From the NCBI GenBank assembly GCA_016839365.1, contig JAEOUH010000009.1, positions 1 through 31,622 of the forward strand: a stretch of 31,622 bases of DNA, written 5' to 3'. Positions within the stretch are counted from its first letter, which is position 1, and each line of letters begins with the position of its first letter. The notes under the pieces are model-generated. The model was given only the letters and a program-made list of their open reading frames with translations. It was not told where the DNA came from and searched no databases. This document shows positions 9,602 to 18,935 of this stretch, piece by piece. A program made the position numbers and the translations under genes. Source of the stretch: Candidatus Hermodarchaeota archaeon (lineage in GTDB: Archaea > Asgardarchaeota > Hermodarchaeia > Hermodarchaeales > Hermodarchaeaceae).

Positions 9602-10534
9602 ATGACAAAGGTTCGCATTTTGGTTGCCGATACTATCCACGAAGATGCTGTCAAACAGCTCCAAAAAGCTGGATTTAATCTCGATCTCCAAACAGATATC
9701 ACTGCTCAACAATTACTGAAGTCAATTGAAGGGTATGATGCAATCATTGTTCGGAGTCGAACGAAGGTGACGAAGGAAGTGATTGACGCTGGCACCTCCT
9801 TGAAAGTCATAGCTCGTGCGGGTGTGGGATTAGACAATGTAGATAGCCAAGCAGCAAAGGAGAAAGGAATTGCAGTTGTTAACTCCCCAGAAGGCCCTTC
9901 AGTGTCTGTCGCCGAGCTTGTGTTTGCTTTGGCGCTTAATGTGCTTCGCAAGATTGCGTATGCAGATTCAGGAATTCGTCGCGGAGAATGGCTCAAGAAA
10001 ACGAGTAAAGGTGGCGAAATGCGAGGTCGCCGTATGGGTATTTGGGGTTTTGGGCTCATTGGTGAAGAAGTGGCAAAACGGGCATTGGCATTTGGAATGT
10101 CTGTATATGGATTTGATTTGCTGCCTGAACGTATTGAAGTGATGAAACAGCTAGGTGTCCAGTATGTTCAGGTGGAGGAGCTGCTTTCGGTATCTGACAT
10201 TCTCACGGTGCATGTTCCCTTAACGCCGAAGACTCGAGGGCTCGTTGGTGAGAAGGAGCTAGCCGCTATGCCCAAAGGTGCCATCTTAATCAACACGGCC
10301 CGTGGTGGAATTGTTGATGAACAGGCGCTCTATCAGGCTTTAGTTGATGGTCACCTGGGTGGAGCTGGGGTCGATGTTTTCACTGATGAACCTCCATTTG
10401 ATAATCCGCTTTTACAAAAACTGGTTGCCCTTCCTAACGTGGTGTCAACACCACATGTCGGGGCAGAGACAAATGAGGCTTCCCGTGCCAATTCGGTGAT
10501 TATTGCTGGGAAATTAATGGCTATCCTCAAGTAG
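9602..10534 (+). CDS. D-isomer-specific 2-hydroxyacid dehydrogenase (SerA-like, lacking ACT domain)
   Basis: IIVRSRT, RAGVGLDNVD, GIWGFGLIG (Rossmann), INTARGGIVDE, DVFTDEP, TPHVGAET. Confidence 0.9.
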   Translation: MTKVRILVADTIHEDAVKQLQKAGFNLDLQTDITAQQLLKSIEGYDAIIVRSRTKVTKEVIDAGTSLKVIARAGVGLDNVDSQAAKEKGIAVVNSPEGPSVSVAELVFALALNVLRKIAYADSGIRRGEWLKKTSKGGEMRGRRMGIWGFGLIGEEVAKRALAFGMSVYGFDLLPERIEVMKQLGVQYVQVEELLSVSDILTVHVPLTPKTRGLVGEKELAAMPKGAILINTARGGIVDEQALYQALVDGHLGGAGVDVFTDEPPFDNPLLQKLVALPNVVSTPHVGAETNEASRANSVIIAGKLMAILK

Positions 10535-10545
10535 TAGCATAACAA

Positions 10546-10571
10546 TTTTATAGGCAATAGCGTTTCGCTAT
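10546..10571 (+). promoter_or_regulatory. Putative promoter of the rpl15e superoperon with downstream palindrome
   Basis: TTTTATA at 10546-10552, then ATAGCG-TTT-CGCTAT at 10557-10571, and SD GGAGG before ATG 10599. Confidence 0.5.
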
Positions 10572-10598
10572 CCCAATTATGCGGAGGCGCCTACATCA

Positions 10599-11174
10599 AT
10601 GTACAAGCACATTGGCGAGCTTTATGCGAGCCCTGATAAAGAATTGAAAGACCTTATTCGTACGCGGCTTATTGAGTGGAGAAAAGAACCTGTAACGACC
10701 CGAATTGATAGGCCAACACGAATCGACCGGGCCCGTCAAATTGGTTATCGGGCCAAACAGGGTTACATCGTGGTACGCCAACGCATTTCCCGTGGATCTC
10801 GACGAAAACCAAGACCCATAATGGGTCGCAAACCCCGAAAGATGGGAACTGTAAAAATTACCCCTGGGCGCAGCCGTCAATGGATTGCTGAGGAGCGGAC
10901 CGCTAGAAAGTATCCAAACCTACGTATCTTAGGATCCTATCACATTGCCGAAGACGGAAAGAATCTCTGGTATGAAGTGGTACTCGTTGATCCCTCGCAT
11001 CCCGCTATACAGGCTGATCCACGAATTCGCTGGATCAGTGACCCCACTCACAAGGGACGTGTTTTCAGGGGATTAACTCCTGCTGGCAAAACATCTCGCG
11101 GGCTACGCCATCGAGGTACAGGTGCTGAGAAACTACGTCCCAGTATTGGAAAATACGGGCGACGTGGAAAATAG
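10599..11174 (+). CDS. rpl15e: 50S ribosomal protein L15e
   Basis: [54 protein letters not shown]. Confidence 0.98.
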   Translation: MYKHIGELYASPDKELKDLIRTRLIEWRKEPVTTRIDRPTRIDRARQIGYRAKQGYIVVRQRISRGSRRKPRPIMGRKPRKMGTVKITPGRSRQWIAEERTARKYPNLRILGSYHIAEDGKNLWYEVVLVDPSHPAIQADPRIRWISDPTHKGRVFRGLTPAGKTSRGLRHRGTGAEKLRPSIGKYGRRGK

Positions 11175-11207
11175 CCGTATACGGTTCTTTTTGGAGCGTG
11201 TGTAATC

Positions 11208-11666
11208 GTGACCGCAACAGAAAGCGGGCCGATTCGACTAACTGTACAAGCCTCTGTCCAAGCCACCGAGGATGCTGAAAAGGTCCAAAAAGCGGTTGAA
11301 AATCTCTTTCCTGCAGACCTACGAAGCACACTAAAATTCAAAACAACAAAACTTCGAGGACACTACCATAACCCCATTCTTCGCCTAGAAACGCAACAAA
11401 CCCAACATGACCATATTGAAAGAATCTTAACTTCAATTGGCCAGTCATTATCCTCAGCGGATCGTGCTCAACTAGGTCGAACGTTTTCCTCCCGCATCGA
11501 CGAAAAGGGCGACCTTTTCATCCGGTTTAATAAACAAGAGGCTTATCAAGGACGAATCCGCATAATTCACCGCGGTGATTCAATTCGCCTGGTCATCCGG
11601 TTTTCAGGTCGAAAGCCCTCCATAAACCAGATTGAGAATCACTGCCGACAGTTCCAACTCATCTAG
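11208..11666 (+). CDS. DUF54/COG1325-type RNA-binding protein of the exosome superoperon
   Basis: VQATEDAEKV, GHYHNPI, LFIRFNKQEAY. Conserved position between rpl15e and rnp3. Confidence 0.85.
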   Translation: MTATESGPIRLTVQASVQATEDAEKVQKAVENLFPADLRSTLKFKTTKLRGHYHNPILRLETQQTQHDHIERILTSIGQSLSSADRAQLGRTFSSRIDEKGDLFIRFNKQEAYQGRIRIIHRGDSIRLVIRFSGRKPSINQIENHCRQFQLI

Positions 11667-11678
11667 GACCGGGACAGA

Positions 11679-12365
11679 ATGTCTGCATATGACTTCCACA
11701 TTCGATTACCCCCACAACCAGAAATAGCGGAGGTCCAACTCCTTCAGAAGGTAGCAGCGACATTAGGGTTTGCTGGACTAGCCATCGAATCATCCAAAGC
11801 CTTTACTGCTGACGCCGTGCATGAAAAGCTAACGATTTTTCGTCGAATAACACTCGTTCCTCGGAGTGCTGCACGACTACGTGCTCAAGTGGACAAACAC
11901 ACAAAAAATGCGAATCTCTTGGTAATTCAAGGCCGCTCAAAACCAATTTGGCTTGCAGCCGCTGAGATACCCGCTGTTCATATGGTGATGGCTAGAGAGA
12001 TTGAAGATTTCATGGTTATCGATTCCCAAACTGCCCGAGCAATGTCAAATCAGGGCAAACCCGTTGAGATATGCCTGCATAAGCTTCTAGTCCTGAACGG
12101 TGCTATTCGGTCTCGATTGATGCGAGTTATGAACTCGGCTATGGACCACCTAAGACGAGCTGATTGCCCCCTAATATTAACCTCAGGCGCCAGTAGGGCC
12201 TGTGAGCTTCGTTCTCCCCAAGACCTGATGGCACTCAGCTATCTTGCATCGGTCCCAGAGAACCTAGCCAAGGCTGCCATGATGCAGGAATCAAAGGTCC
12301 TTGTCTCAGCAATTCGACATTCAACTAGCGCCCGCTCAGTGGTACAAATCGGGAGGGAAAAGTAA
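11679..12365 (+). CDS. rnp3: Ribonuclease P protein component 3 (Rpp30)
   Basis: PHP-like YDFHI start, LILTSGA...LRSPQDL motif, and synteny. Confidence 0.85.
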   Translation: MSAYDFHIRLPPQPEIAEVQLLQKVAATLGFAGLAIESSKAFTADAVHEKLTIFRRITLVPRSAARLRAQVDKHTKNANLLVIQGRSKPIWLAAAEIPAVHMVMAREIEDFMVIDSQTARAMSNQGKPVEICLHKLLVLNGAIRSRLMRVMNSAMDHLRRADCPLILTSGASRACELRSPQDLMALSYLASVPENLAKAAMMQESKVLVSAIRHSTSARSVVQIGREK

Positions 12366-12367
12366 CG

Positions 12368-12724
12368 ATGCGGCTTCGCCAACGCTATCTCGCTATCCGA
12401 CTTCTCACCCATCAGAATCTTCCATCTGAACCCACTTTCCGAAACGCAATCTGGAACCAACTCCAGAGGCTATATGGCGAACTCGGCATGAGTCGAATTG
12501 GATTCTGGTTAACAGCTTACCATCCTGAAAAACAGAGTGCTATTATTCGCTGTCAGCACACACAGGTGCGTCCCCTACGTGCGGCCCTTGCAACAATTCG
12601 TCAAATTGATTCGACGCTTTTACTGATTCATGTGGTTGGAGTCAGCGGCTCCATTAAGAAGGCTTTGGCTTTTCTCCCCCAACTTGACCCAACGCATGTC
12701 GTGCGTTCTCGTAAGTATCGTTAG
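12368..12724 (+). CDS. rnp2: Ribonuclease P protein component 2 (Pop5/Rpp14)
   Basis: RQRYLA, LYGELG, IIRC.H, VSGSIKKA. Confidence 0.9.
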   Translation: MRLRQRYLAIRLLTHQNLPSEPTFRNAIWNQLQRLYGELGMSRIGFWLTAYHPEKQSAIIRCQHTQVRPLRAALATIRQIDSTLLLIHVVGVSGSIKKALAFLPQLDPTHVVRSRKYR

Positions 12725-12777
12725 ACACGAACGTCTATGCCAAAAAAGATAAAGCCCGCTTTGTCACCAAAATCACC

Positions 12778-12850
12778 GGGGTTCAGTGAAGCCCCGCCGC
12801 TCCAAACTGAGCCTTGTGCTATGACGATCTCGCGACGAGCCGAGAGCCCC
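12778..12850 (+). ncRNA. Box C/D 2'-O-methylation guide sRNA
   Basis: Terminal stem GGGGUUC (12778-84) / GAGCCCC (12844-50). Box C-like GUGAAGC 12786-92, D' CUGA 12807-10, C' AUGACGA 12821-27, D CCGA 12840-43, two 12-14 nt guides, and correct 3-nt-bulge K-turn geometry. A-rich promoter-like AAAAAAGATAAAG lies about 25 nt upstream. Confidence 0.75.
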
Positions 12851-12856
12851 CGCCTT

Positions 12857-13312
12857 TTATTCTGGTACGATATCGATATCGACGGATATTAAGAATCCCT
12901 GCCACAGCTGATAGGCTTTCATCCGGAACCGCAGTCCTCTCCTGCCATCAATAACCCAAACGCAAGGATTGTACTCCATGAATACCAAGTCGCTTCCCGA
13001 GGGTTCTGGAGGCGCCGGGTGTGAATGGTATATCCCCACCTGCTCTAATCCCTCATTCGCCGCTGCGGTGAGAATGCAATATTGATGTTCAGGGTCAATT
13101 TCAAAGGATGCGACTGACTTCGCAATATTAGCAGTTTCAACGACACGGACCACCTTTGCAATGAGGCCGTTTTCATTGTAGTTACCTAAAAGCAGTGCGC
13201 ACCCCTCTCGGGGCCATGCACGTCGGCGAATCGCGTATAACTGCCGACGATGCAGTGGTTCCATCTGAATTCGAGCGACGTGGGGTGAACTCATACGTGA
13301 ACCTACAGCCAA
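12857..13312 (-). CDS. JAMM/MPN+ (M67) metallo-isopeptidase
   Basis: PREGCALLLG (catalytic Glu) and YHSHP...PSGSD (HxH-x7-S-x2-D). The start may be ATG 13294. Confidence 0.92.
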   Translation of the reverse strand: MAVGSRMSSPHVARIQMEPLHRRQLYAIRRRAWPREGCALLLGNYNENGLIAKVVRVVETANIAKSVASFEIDPEHQYCILTAAANEGLEQVGIYHSHPAPPEPSGSDLVFMEYNPCVWVIDGRRGLRFRMKAYQLWQGFLISVDIDIVPE

Positions 13313-13382
13313 AGACTTAAAAGCTTCTCACCTTTTGAGTCATCGCAATCTCAAGCCACCCGACTCGAGGTTCCAACTGGCG

Positions 13383-13763
13383 ATGTCAAAAGATAGCTCA
13401 CAAGAACATCGTTTCATGCGTCGAAGTATGGTCATTAGTGCAGTAGTCATCGTCCTTTTCAGTATCTTAATTGCCCTGATGATATCAAGGTGGGGTCCGG
13501 TCGGTCCCTTTCTGGACTTCATTGGACCAGTTGTTACTGGTGTATTAGCAATTTTGCTACTCGTTCTGATTTTCATCGGGCTGGTTATTCTGTTTGGCAA
13601 TCTGCGAGAATATTATGGTGAAGCCCTTGGTTGGTTTGAAATCATCATCTTATTGATTATTGTCGTCGTTATTGCTTTCATCGGATTCGGTTGGCTTCAT
13701 GCCCTTCTCACTGGGCTTCTTTGCATCGGCGTCATTTATTATCTCCACGCAGCTCAAGACTAG
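13383..13763 (+). CDS. Small integral membrane protein (about 4 TM helices), unknown function
   Basis: Four hydrophobic stretches. GAGGT SD precedes ATG 13383 (ORF-track start is 13335). Confidence 0.75.
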   Translation: MSKDSSQEHRFMRRSMVISAVVIVLFSILIALMISRWGPVGPFLDFIGPVVTGVLAILLLVLIFIGLVILFGNLREYYGEALGWFEIIILLIIVVVIAFIGFGWLHALLTGLLCIGVIYYLHAAQD

Positions 13764-13914
13764 GTGACCTTTCCGAGTTCACAAAATCGGATTCTGTCAA
13801 TAACAAGATTTTAAAGGCGCTTTACCTAATCGGCAAACCTGCAAGACTAACGTAAGAGTAAGAGGGCTTTCACTAAACTCTCTTCTTATTCAGTGTTTAT
13901 GGAGGACCCCCTCA

Positions 13915-14622
13915 TTGTTCGGTGACACACAAAGCTATGACATTGCTCTGACTACATTTAGTCCTGAGGGACGCCTATATCAGGTAGAATACGCCTTTGA
14001 GGCGGTTCGAAAGGGTACTCCGGTTCTCGGAATTCGTGGGTCAGATGGGGTGGTTTTAACTGCTGCTATGCGCAAGCATGTTCTTCAAGAACCAAACCAT
14101 AACGATAAGATTTTCACCTTAGACGAATCAATTGGCACTGCCATCGCAGGCTTATCTGGCGATGCTCGTTCACTTGTTCGGTATGCCCGAGAGCTCGCAC
14201 AAATCAATCGACTAACCTTCGCTGAACCCATTTCCATAAAGGCGTTGAGTAAGAAAATCAGTGATCACCTACAATCATACACACAACAAGGCGGAACCCG
14301 TCCTTATGGCGTATCTATGTTGGTAATCGGTGTTGATTCCACTCCACAACTCTACCTTGTTACTCCAATCGGTGTTTTCTGGAGCTACAAGGCCTATGCC
14401 GTAGGAAACGCGGCTGACCAGATGAACACGATGTTGGAAAAGGAATATTCTCCCTCGCTTACTGTTGATGATGCGTTGCAGCTGGCCGTTCGGATTCACA
14501 AGGAAACATCACCTGCACCTATCCAACCTGGTGGGCTCTTAGCCGCCAAAATAACAATGATTGATAAGAAATTCGTTATCCTTGATGGTCAATCCGTTCA
14601 GCAGTTGCTGGAGTCAAGCTAG
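13915..14622 (+). CDS. psmA: 20S proteasome alpha subunit
   Basis: YDIALTTFSPEGRLYQVEYA, GLSGDAR, YTQQGGTRPYGVSML. TTG start after SD GGAGG. Confidence 0.96.
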   Translation: MFGDTQSYDIALTTFSPEGRLYQVEYAFEAVRKGTPVLGIRGSDGVVLTAAMRKHVLQEPNHNDKIFTLDESIGTAIAGLSGDARSLVRYARELAQINRLTFAEPISIKALSKKISDHLQSYTQQGGTRPYGVSMLVIGVDSTPQLYLVTPIGVFWSYKAYAVGNAADQMNTMLEKEYSPSLTVDDALQLAVRIHKETSPAPIQPGGLLAAKITMIDKKFVILDGQSVQQLLESS

Positions 14623-14642
14623 TTCGGAAAAAGGTGTTTGGT

Positions 14643-15383
14643 ATGTCTGGATTGGGTGGAATGCGTGGCGACAAACGGGTCGATTTAGGCGATGCAGCTA
14701 TAGCTCGATTAGACACCCATGGACATCGGTTCGAGCTCATCGTTGACCCGAAATTAGCTTGGAACTTTAAACAAGGCGAAGAGGTCGATGTCCGAGAGAT
14801 ACTCCAGGGTGAGACTGTCTTCGAGGATGCGTTACGAAGTAAGAAGGCTCCAATAGAAACCTTAGAGGACGCTTTTGGAACCACTGATGAGCTTGAAGTT
14901 GCTCGCATCATTCTCGAAAAAGGCTCGCTCCAGCTTACCACTGAACAACGACGAGAGATGGTTGAGAAGCGCCGACGTCAAGTGATAGATATAATTGTCC
15001 GTAACTCAATCAACCCCAAGACTGGACTTCCGCATCCCCCCACTCGTATCGAATCAGCAATGAATGAAGCGCACGTTGTCATCGATTCCACCCGGACGGC
15101 AGAGGAACAAGCCCGAGACGTCGTCAAAGCGCTCCAACCAATTATTCCGATCCGAATGGAAATTCAACAAGTTGCCATCAAGATCCCTCCTGATTTTGCT
15201 CCCAAGGCTTACGGCATTGTGGAGCAGCAAGGGCACATTGCCAAAGACGAATGGCAAAAAGATGGGTCCTGGATTGCGATCGTTGAGGTGCCAGCAGGCC
15301 TTAGAGGGGAACTGATTGAAGCTCTTAACAATCTTACCCGCGGTCGAGCAGAAATTAAAATCTTAAAGAAGGAAACAATGTAG
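14643..15383 (+). CDS. sdo1: Ribosome maturation factor SBDS/Sdo1
   Basis: ARL...GHRFELIVDP, AFGTTD, ILEKGSLQLTTEQRR, INPKTGLPHPPTRIE. Start is 14634 GTG or 14643 ATG. Confidence 0.95.
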   Translation: MSGLGGMRGDKRVDLGDAAIARLDTHGHRFELIVDPKLAWNFKQGEEVDVREILQGETVFEDALRSKKAPIETLEDAFGTTDELEVARIILEKGSLQLTTEQRREMVEKRRRQVIDIIVRNSINPKTGLPHPPTRIESAMNEAHVVIDSTRTAEEQARDVVKALQPIIPIRMEIQQVAIKIPPDFAPKAYGIVEQQGHIAKDEWQKDGSWIAIVEVPAGLRGELIEALNNLTRGRAEIKILKKETM

Positions 15384-15397
15384 GAGGCTAACCTCAA

Positions 15398-16108
15398 GTG
15401 TCAATTCATTTTGAACAACAAGACATCGTCGTCCCTGGACAGCTCCTCGCTGAAGGTGACTATCACACAGGTGAAGGGGCCTATATGGAACAGGAGAAAG
15501 TATACGCCTCGGTGATTGGTTTAGCAAAAATGAAGGGAAAAACGGTCTACGTAGTCCCCCTAAAAGGGCAGTATGTACCAAAACCCAGAGATATCATAAT
15601 TGGAAATGTTGTTGAAGTAACCTTGAACGGCTGGCTTTTAGATTTTCACAGCCCATATCCGGCAATGCTTCCAGTTATGCATGCACTATCTCGCCGTGAT
15701 GCAACACACGCCAAGGACAATCTCCGAAGATACTACGACGTTGGTGAAACGGTGGTTGCTGAAATCATTGCAGCAGACCGAACACGTGATCCCCTCGTTA
15801 CCACCCTTGGTCGCGGACTAGGGAAGGTTCGTGGTGGGGTACTAATGAACATAATCCCTACTCGGGTCCCCAGGCTCATTGGAAGAAAGGGCTCGATGAT
15901 AAATATGCTCAAATCCGAACTCCAAGTCGATATTGTTGTTGGGCAGAATGGGATTGTGTGGCTAAAAGGAAATCCTGCTCGAATGGAAATTGCACAGGAA
16001 GCAATTCGTCAAATCGAACGTGAAGCTCACACCAGTGGATTAACTGATCGCGTTCGAGACTTCATAACTGCAAAACTCACAGAACAAAATGGTGAAAAGA
16101 ATGAGTGA
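15398..16108 (+). CDS. rrp4: Exosome RNA-binding subunit Rrp4
   Basis: VVPGQLL, YVPKPRDIIIG (S1 domain), VPRLIGRKGSMI and VGQNG.VW (KH domain). Confidence 0.96.
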   Translation: MSIHFEQQDIVVPGQLLAEGDYHTGEGAYMEQEKVYASVIGLAKMKGKTVYVVPLKGQYVPKPRDIIIGNVVEVTLNGWLLDFHSPYPAMLPVMHALSRRDATHAKDNLRRYYDVGETVVAEIIAADRTRDPLVTTLGRGLGKVRGGVLMNIIPTRVPRLIGRKGSMINMLKSELQVDIVVGQNGIVWLKGNPARMEIAQEAIRQIEREAHTSGLTDRVRDFITAKLTEQNGEKNE

Positions 16109-17030
16109 TAAAAAAGCTGAAGCAGAACAACCATTGATAGATGCCAAAGGGCTCCGTACAGATGGTAGAAAACTTGATGAGCTCCGACCAATCCACTTAG
16201 AAGTTGGCTATCTCAGTCGTGCTGATGGATCCGCTTATATCGAACACGGTAAGAATAAAATTGTGGCCGCCGTGTACGGCCCTCGCGAACTTCATCCAAG
16301 ACACCTTGCTCAATCAGATCGGGCGCTTCTAAGGGTTACCTATCGTATGGCCACCTTTTCTGTGTCAGATCGAAAACGTCCGGCTCCAAGCCGTCGAGAG
16401 CATGAAATCTCTATGGTGCTACGTCAAGCTCTTGAGCCCCTGTTATTTCTCAAAATGTATCCCCGCGCCGCCATCGATGTATTCATCATGGTCTTAGAAG
16501 CCGATGGGGGTTCACGATGCGCCAGTGCCACAGTAGCGTCTTTGGCTCTTGCTGATGCAGGAATTCCAATGCGTGGCCTCGTTGCAGGTTGTGCTGCTGG
16601 AAAAATCGATGGCAAAATAGCTGTGGACTTAAACGATATTGAAGATAAAATCGGGGAAGCAGATATTCCACTCGCTATGTCCCCAGATCGTGGAGAAATT
16701 ACTCTTCTCCAAATGGATGGAAAACTTACTGCTGCTGAATTTGCGCAAGCCCTCAGTATGGCTGAAAATGGCATTCATCGGATTCAAGAAATGCAGAAAA
16801 CGGTTCTGCTCGAAAAATACGCACAAATTCGTGAAACAATCGGTGATGAACCTGACGTTTCTCCTGAAGACGAAGTTTTCGAAGAAGAACCTGCCAAGGA
16901 GCCCGCTGAAGAGCCTGAAAAACCGAAGAAGCGTGCGAAACGCATAAAGACGGAAGCAAAAGAAACGAAACCCAAACCTACCAAGAAGAGCACGCGCTCG
17001 AAAACAATGGAAGCCCAAGCCAAGAAGTGA
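16101..17030 (+). CDS. rrp41: Exosome catalytic subunit Rrp41, with charged low-complexity C-terminal extension
   Basis: RTDGRKLDELRP, ADGSAYIEHG, AVYGPRE, ADGGSRCA, DLNDIEDK. SD GGTGA precedes ATG 16101. Confidence 0.96.
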   Translation: MSDKKAEAEQPLIDAKGLRTDGRKLDELRPIHLEVGYLSRADGSAYIEHGKNKIVAAVYGPRELHPRHLAQSDRALLRVTYRMATFSVSDRKRPAPSRREHEISMVLRQALEPLLFLKMYPRAAIDVFIMVLEADGGSRCASATVASLALADAGIPMRGLVAGCAAGKIDGKIAVDLNDIEDKIGEADIPLAMSPDRGEITLLQMDGKLTAAEFAQALSMAENGIHRIQEMQKTVLLEKYAQIRETIGDEPDVSPEDEVFEEEPAKEPAEEPEKPKKRAKRIKTEAKETKPKPTKKSTRSKTMEAQAKK

Positions 17031-17036
17031 TTAGAA

Positions 17037-17825
17037 ATGGATATCGTAACAGAAATCGAACGCGAACAGATTCTAGCCCTACTACGAGAGGGAAAACGCA
17101 TTGACGGACGCGGTTTTGATGATGTCCGCCCAATCAAAATTAAATTGGGACATATAACTAAAGCCGAAGGCTCAGCTGAAGTCTGGCTCGGTAAGAGCCG
17201 CGTATTAGCTGGTGTAAAAATCCAGGTTGGGAAACCATTCCCTGACACTCCCAATGAAGGAGTGGTAATCACTTCATCAGAACTTTTCCCCATTGCCTCT
17301 CCCACCTTTGAACTTGGACCTCCCGATGAACAGTCCATCGAATTATCGCGAGTCGTTGATCGAGGAATCCGCCATTCAAGCGCCATCAACCGAACTGAGC
17401 TGTGCATCAAGGAAGGTGAACATGTCTACATGGTGTTGTTGGACCTGTACATATTAGCTGATCATGGCAACCTCATCGATGCAGCCTCCATCGCTGGAGT
17501 TTGCGCCTTGAAAGATACAAAGTTACCCAAGATTAACATTCCTGAAAGTGGTGAAGCTGAGCTCCTGGAAGACACCACTCCGCTAAAAATGGGTCCTCCT
17601 CCACTGACTCTAACTTTTGCCAAGATTGGTAGTAGTATCATCATTGATCCAAACCTTGCAGAAGAAAAGGTGATGGATGCCCGCCTCTCCATTGCCATCG
17701 ATGGCGACGACTCGATTGCATCAATGCAAAAATGGGGAACCAGTCCATTTACTCGGCAAGAAGTAATTGATTGCGTTGAACGTGCTAACAAAATTGTTAA
17801 AAAGATACGCACACAGCTTCCCTAA
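17037..17825 (+). CDS. rrp42: Exosome subunit Rrp42
   Basis: [51 protein letters not shown]. Confidence 0.96.
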   Translation: MDIVTEIEREQILALLREGKRIDGRGFDDVRPIKIKLGHITKAEGSAEVWLGKSRVLAGVKIQVGKPFPDTPNEGVVITSSELFPIASPTFELGPPDEQSIELSRVVDRGIRHSSAINRTELCIKEGEHVYMVLLDLYILADHGNLIDAASIAGVCALKDTKLPKINIPESGEAELLEDTTPLKMGPPPLTLTFAKIGSSIIIDPNLAEEKVMDARLSIAIDGDDSIASMQKWGTSPFTRQEVIDCVERANKIVKKIRTQLP

Positions 17826-17839
17826 AGGTGAGTAATCTA

Positions 17840-18115
17840 ATGGGACGTACAAAAAAAGTAGGAACTGCAGGGCGCTTTGGAGCCCGATACGGCGTTACCC
17901 TCCGTCAGCGAGTCGCGAAGATTGAGTCTAATCTAAAGGTATTGCACAAGTGTCCGAGCTGTCAAACGAAGGCAGTACGCCGCGTTTCAACAGGCATTTG
18001 GAACTGTCGCAAATGCGGATACACCTTCACCGGTGGAGCCTATAGCCCTGCCACGGACGCCCAGAAGATACTCCGCTCTTTCCGTGAACGCTCGGCTAGC
18101 CGGCGAACAAAGTGA
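17840..18115 (+). CDS. rpl37ae: 50S ribosomal protein L37Ae (eL43)
   Basis: [20 protein letters not shown]...GIWNCRKC...FTGGAY. Confidence 0.97.
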   Translation: MGRTKKVGTAGRFGARYGVTLRQRVAKIESNLKVLHKCPSCQTKAVRRVSTGIWNCRKCGYTFTGGAYSPATDAQKILRSFRERSASRRTK

Positions 18116-18672
18116 TAGCCATCGGTACTACTCGAAAACCCACCCAACGAATCCGTAGCTTCATTAAGGAACTAAACCGGGTTATTCCAGGTTCGATACG
18201 AGTAACCCGTGGAAAACAAGCCTTTGACGAATTCTGTGAAACCGCCTTCGATCAAGGTGCCACTCGTATACTACTCGTAGGTGCATTTCATGGGAATCCG
18301 GGGCGTATCGGGTTCTTGCATCATTCTCAAGATACCTGGGAGTTCCAGTCACCAACGATCATTCTCCAATCAGTGCAACTCCTCCGGGATCAAAAAAATC
18401 AGCGACCGCGAACAATCAAGCACCTGGTCGTACTTGCCGACACTTCCTATGATCAAAACAAAGCCACCGTATTAGCCAAAGCCCTTGATGCACCTTGTGT
18501 TAACCGTGATGCACTACCAATTGCTTCAAATAATACAGCCATCTTACGTGTAGCAGTATCCCGATACAAAGCCATGGACTTTGTTTCGCCAGATGAAACA
18601 AATCTTCTTGGTCCTGCTCTGCGAGTGAAACACTTCCTGAACCGTTCCATGGGGGAACCGAAACGATGGTAA
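18112..18672 (+). CDS. Brix/Imp4-domain ribosome biogenesis protein
   Basis: [26 protein letters not shown]-terminal GP.LRV, and superoperon position. Confidence 0.85.
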   Translation: MIAIGTTRKPTQRIRSFIKELNRVIPGSIRVTRGKQAFDEFCETAFDQGATRILLVGAFHGNPGRIGFLHHSQDTWEFQSPTIILQSVQLLRDQKNQRPRTIKHLVVLADTSYDQNKATVLAKALDAPCVNRDALPIASNNTAILRVAVSRYKAMDFVSPDETNLLGPALRVKHFLNRSMGEPKRW

Positions 18673-18935
18673 AATCCCCATCTTACACATTGACAATCAC
18701 GCTGCATCCAGAAAACCTACACAACAAGACGGTTATATGGTCCGCCCTAGAACCGGAATTGTCGTCGATAGATTCAAAAAGAGTCAAGCTTCACAGTAAG
18801 TCCACCAGAACTGAAATCGTGTTTCACCTCACAGCCTCGGATGTAAATGCCCTTCGCGCGGCGGCCACGTCGCTGATGCGCTTATATTTGGTGGCTGATG
18901 GGGTGAACCAACTAATGGTGAAGAAAAATGGGTGA
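18666..18935 (+). CDS. pcc1: KEOPS subunit Pcc1 family protein
   Basis: ALEPE, A.DVNALRAA.TS.MR motif. Located between Brix and pfdB. Confidence 0.85.
   Translation: MVKSPSYTLTITLHPENLHNKTVIWSALEPELSSIDSKRVKLHSKSTRTEIVFHLTASDVNALRAAATSLMRLYLVADGVNQLMVKKNG

Noticed and set aside
9477-9608. N-terminal extension of YchF in the ORF track
   Set aside because: It spans the divergent promoter region and overlaps the dehydrogenase start. An SD and GTG at 9476 give the canonical N-terminus.
13383-13763. Membrane protein as the missing ECF S-component
   Set aside because: Only about 4 helices and 126 aa, whereas S-components typically have 6. S-components of shared ECF modules are normally encoded elsewhere.
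16784-17410. 208-aa minus-strand ORF and other overlapping short ORFs in the track
   Set aside because: They lie antisense or off-frame to well-supported conserved genes and have no motifs.
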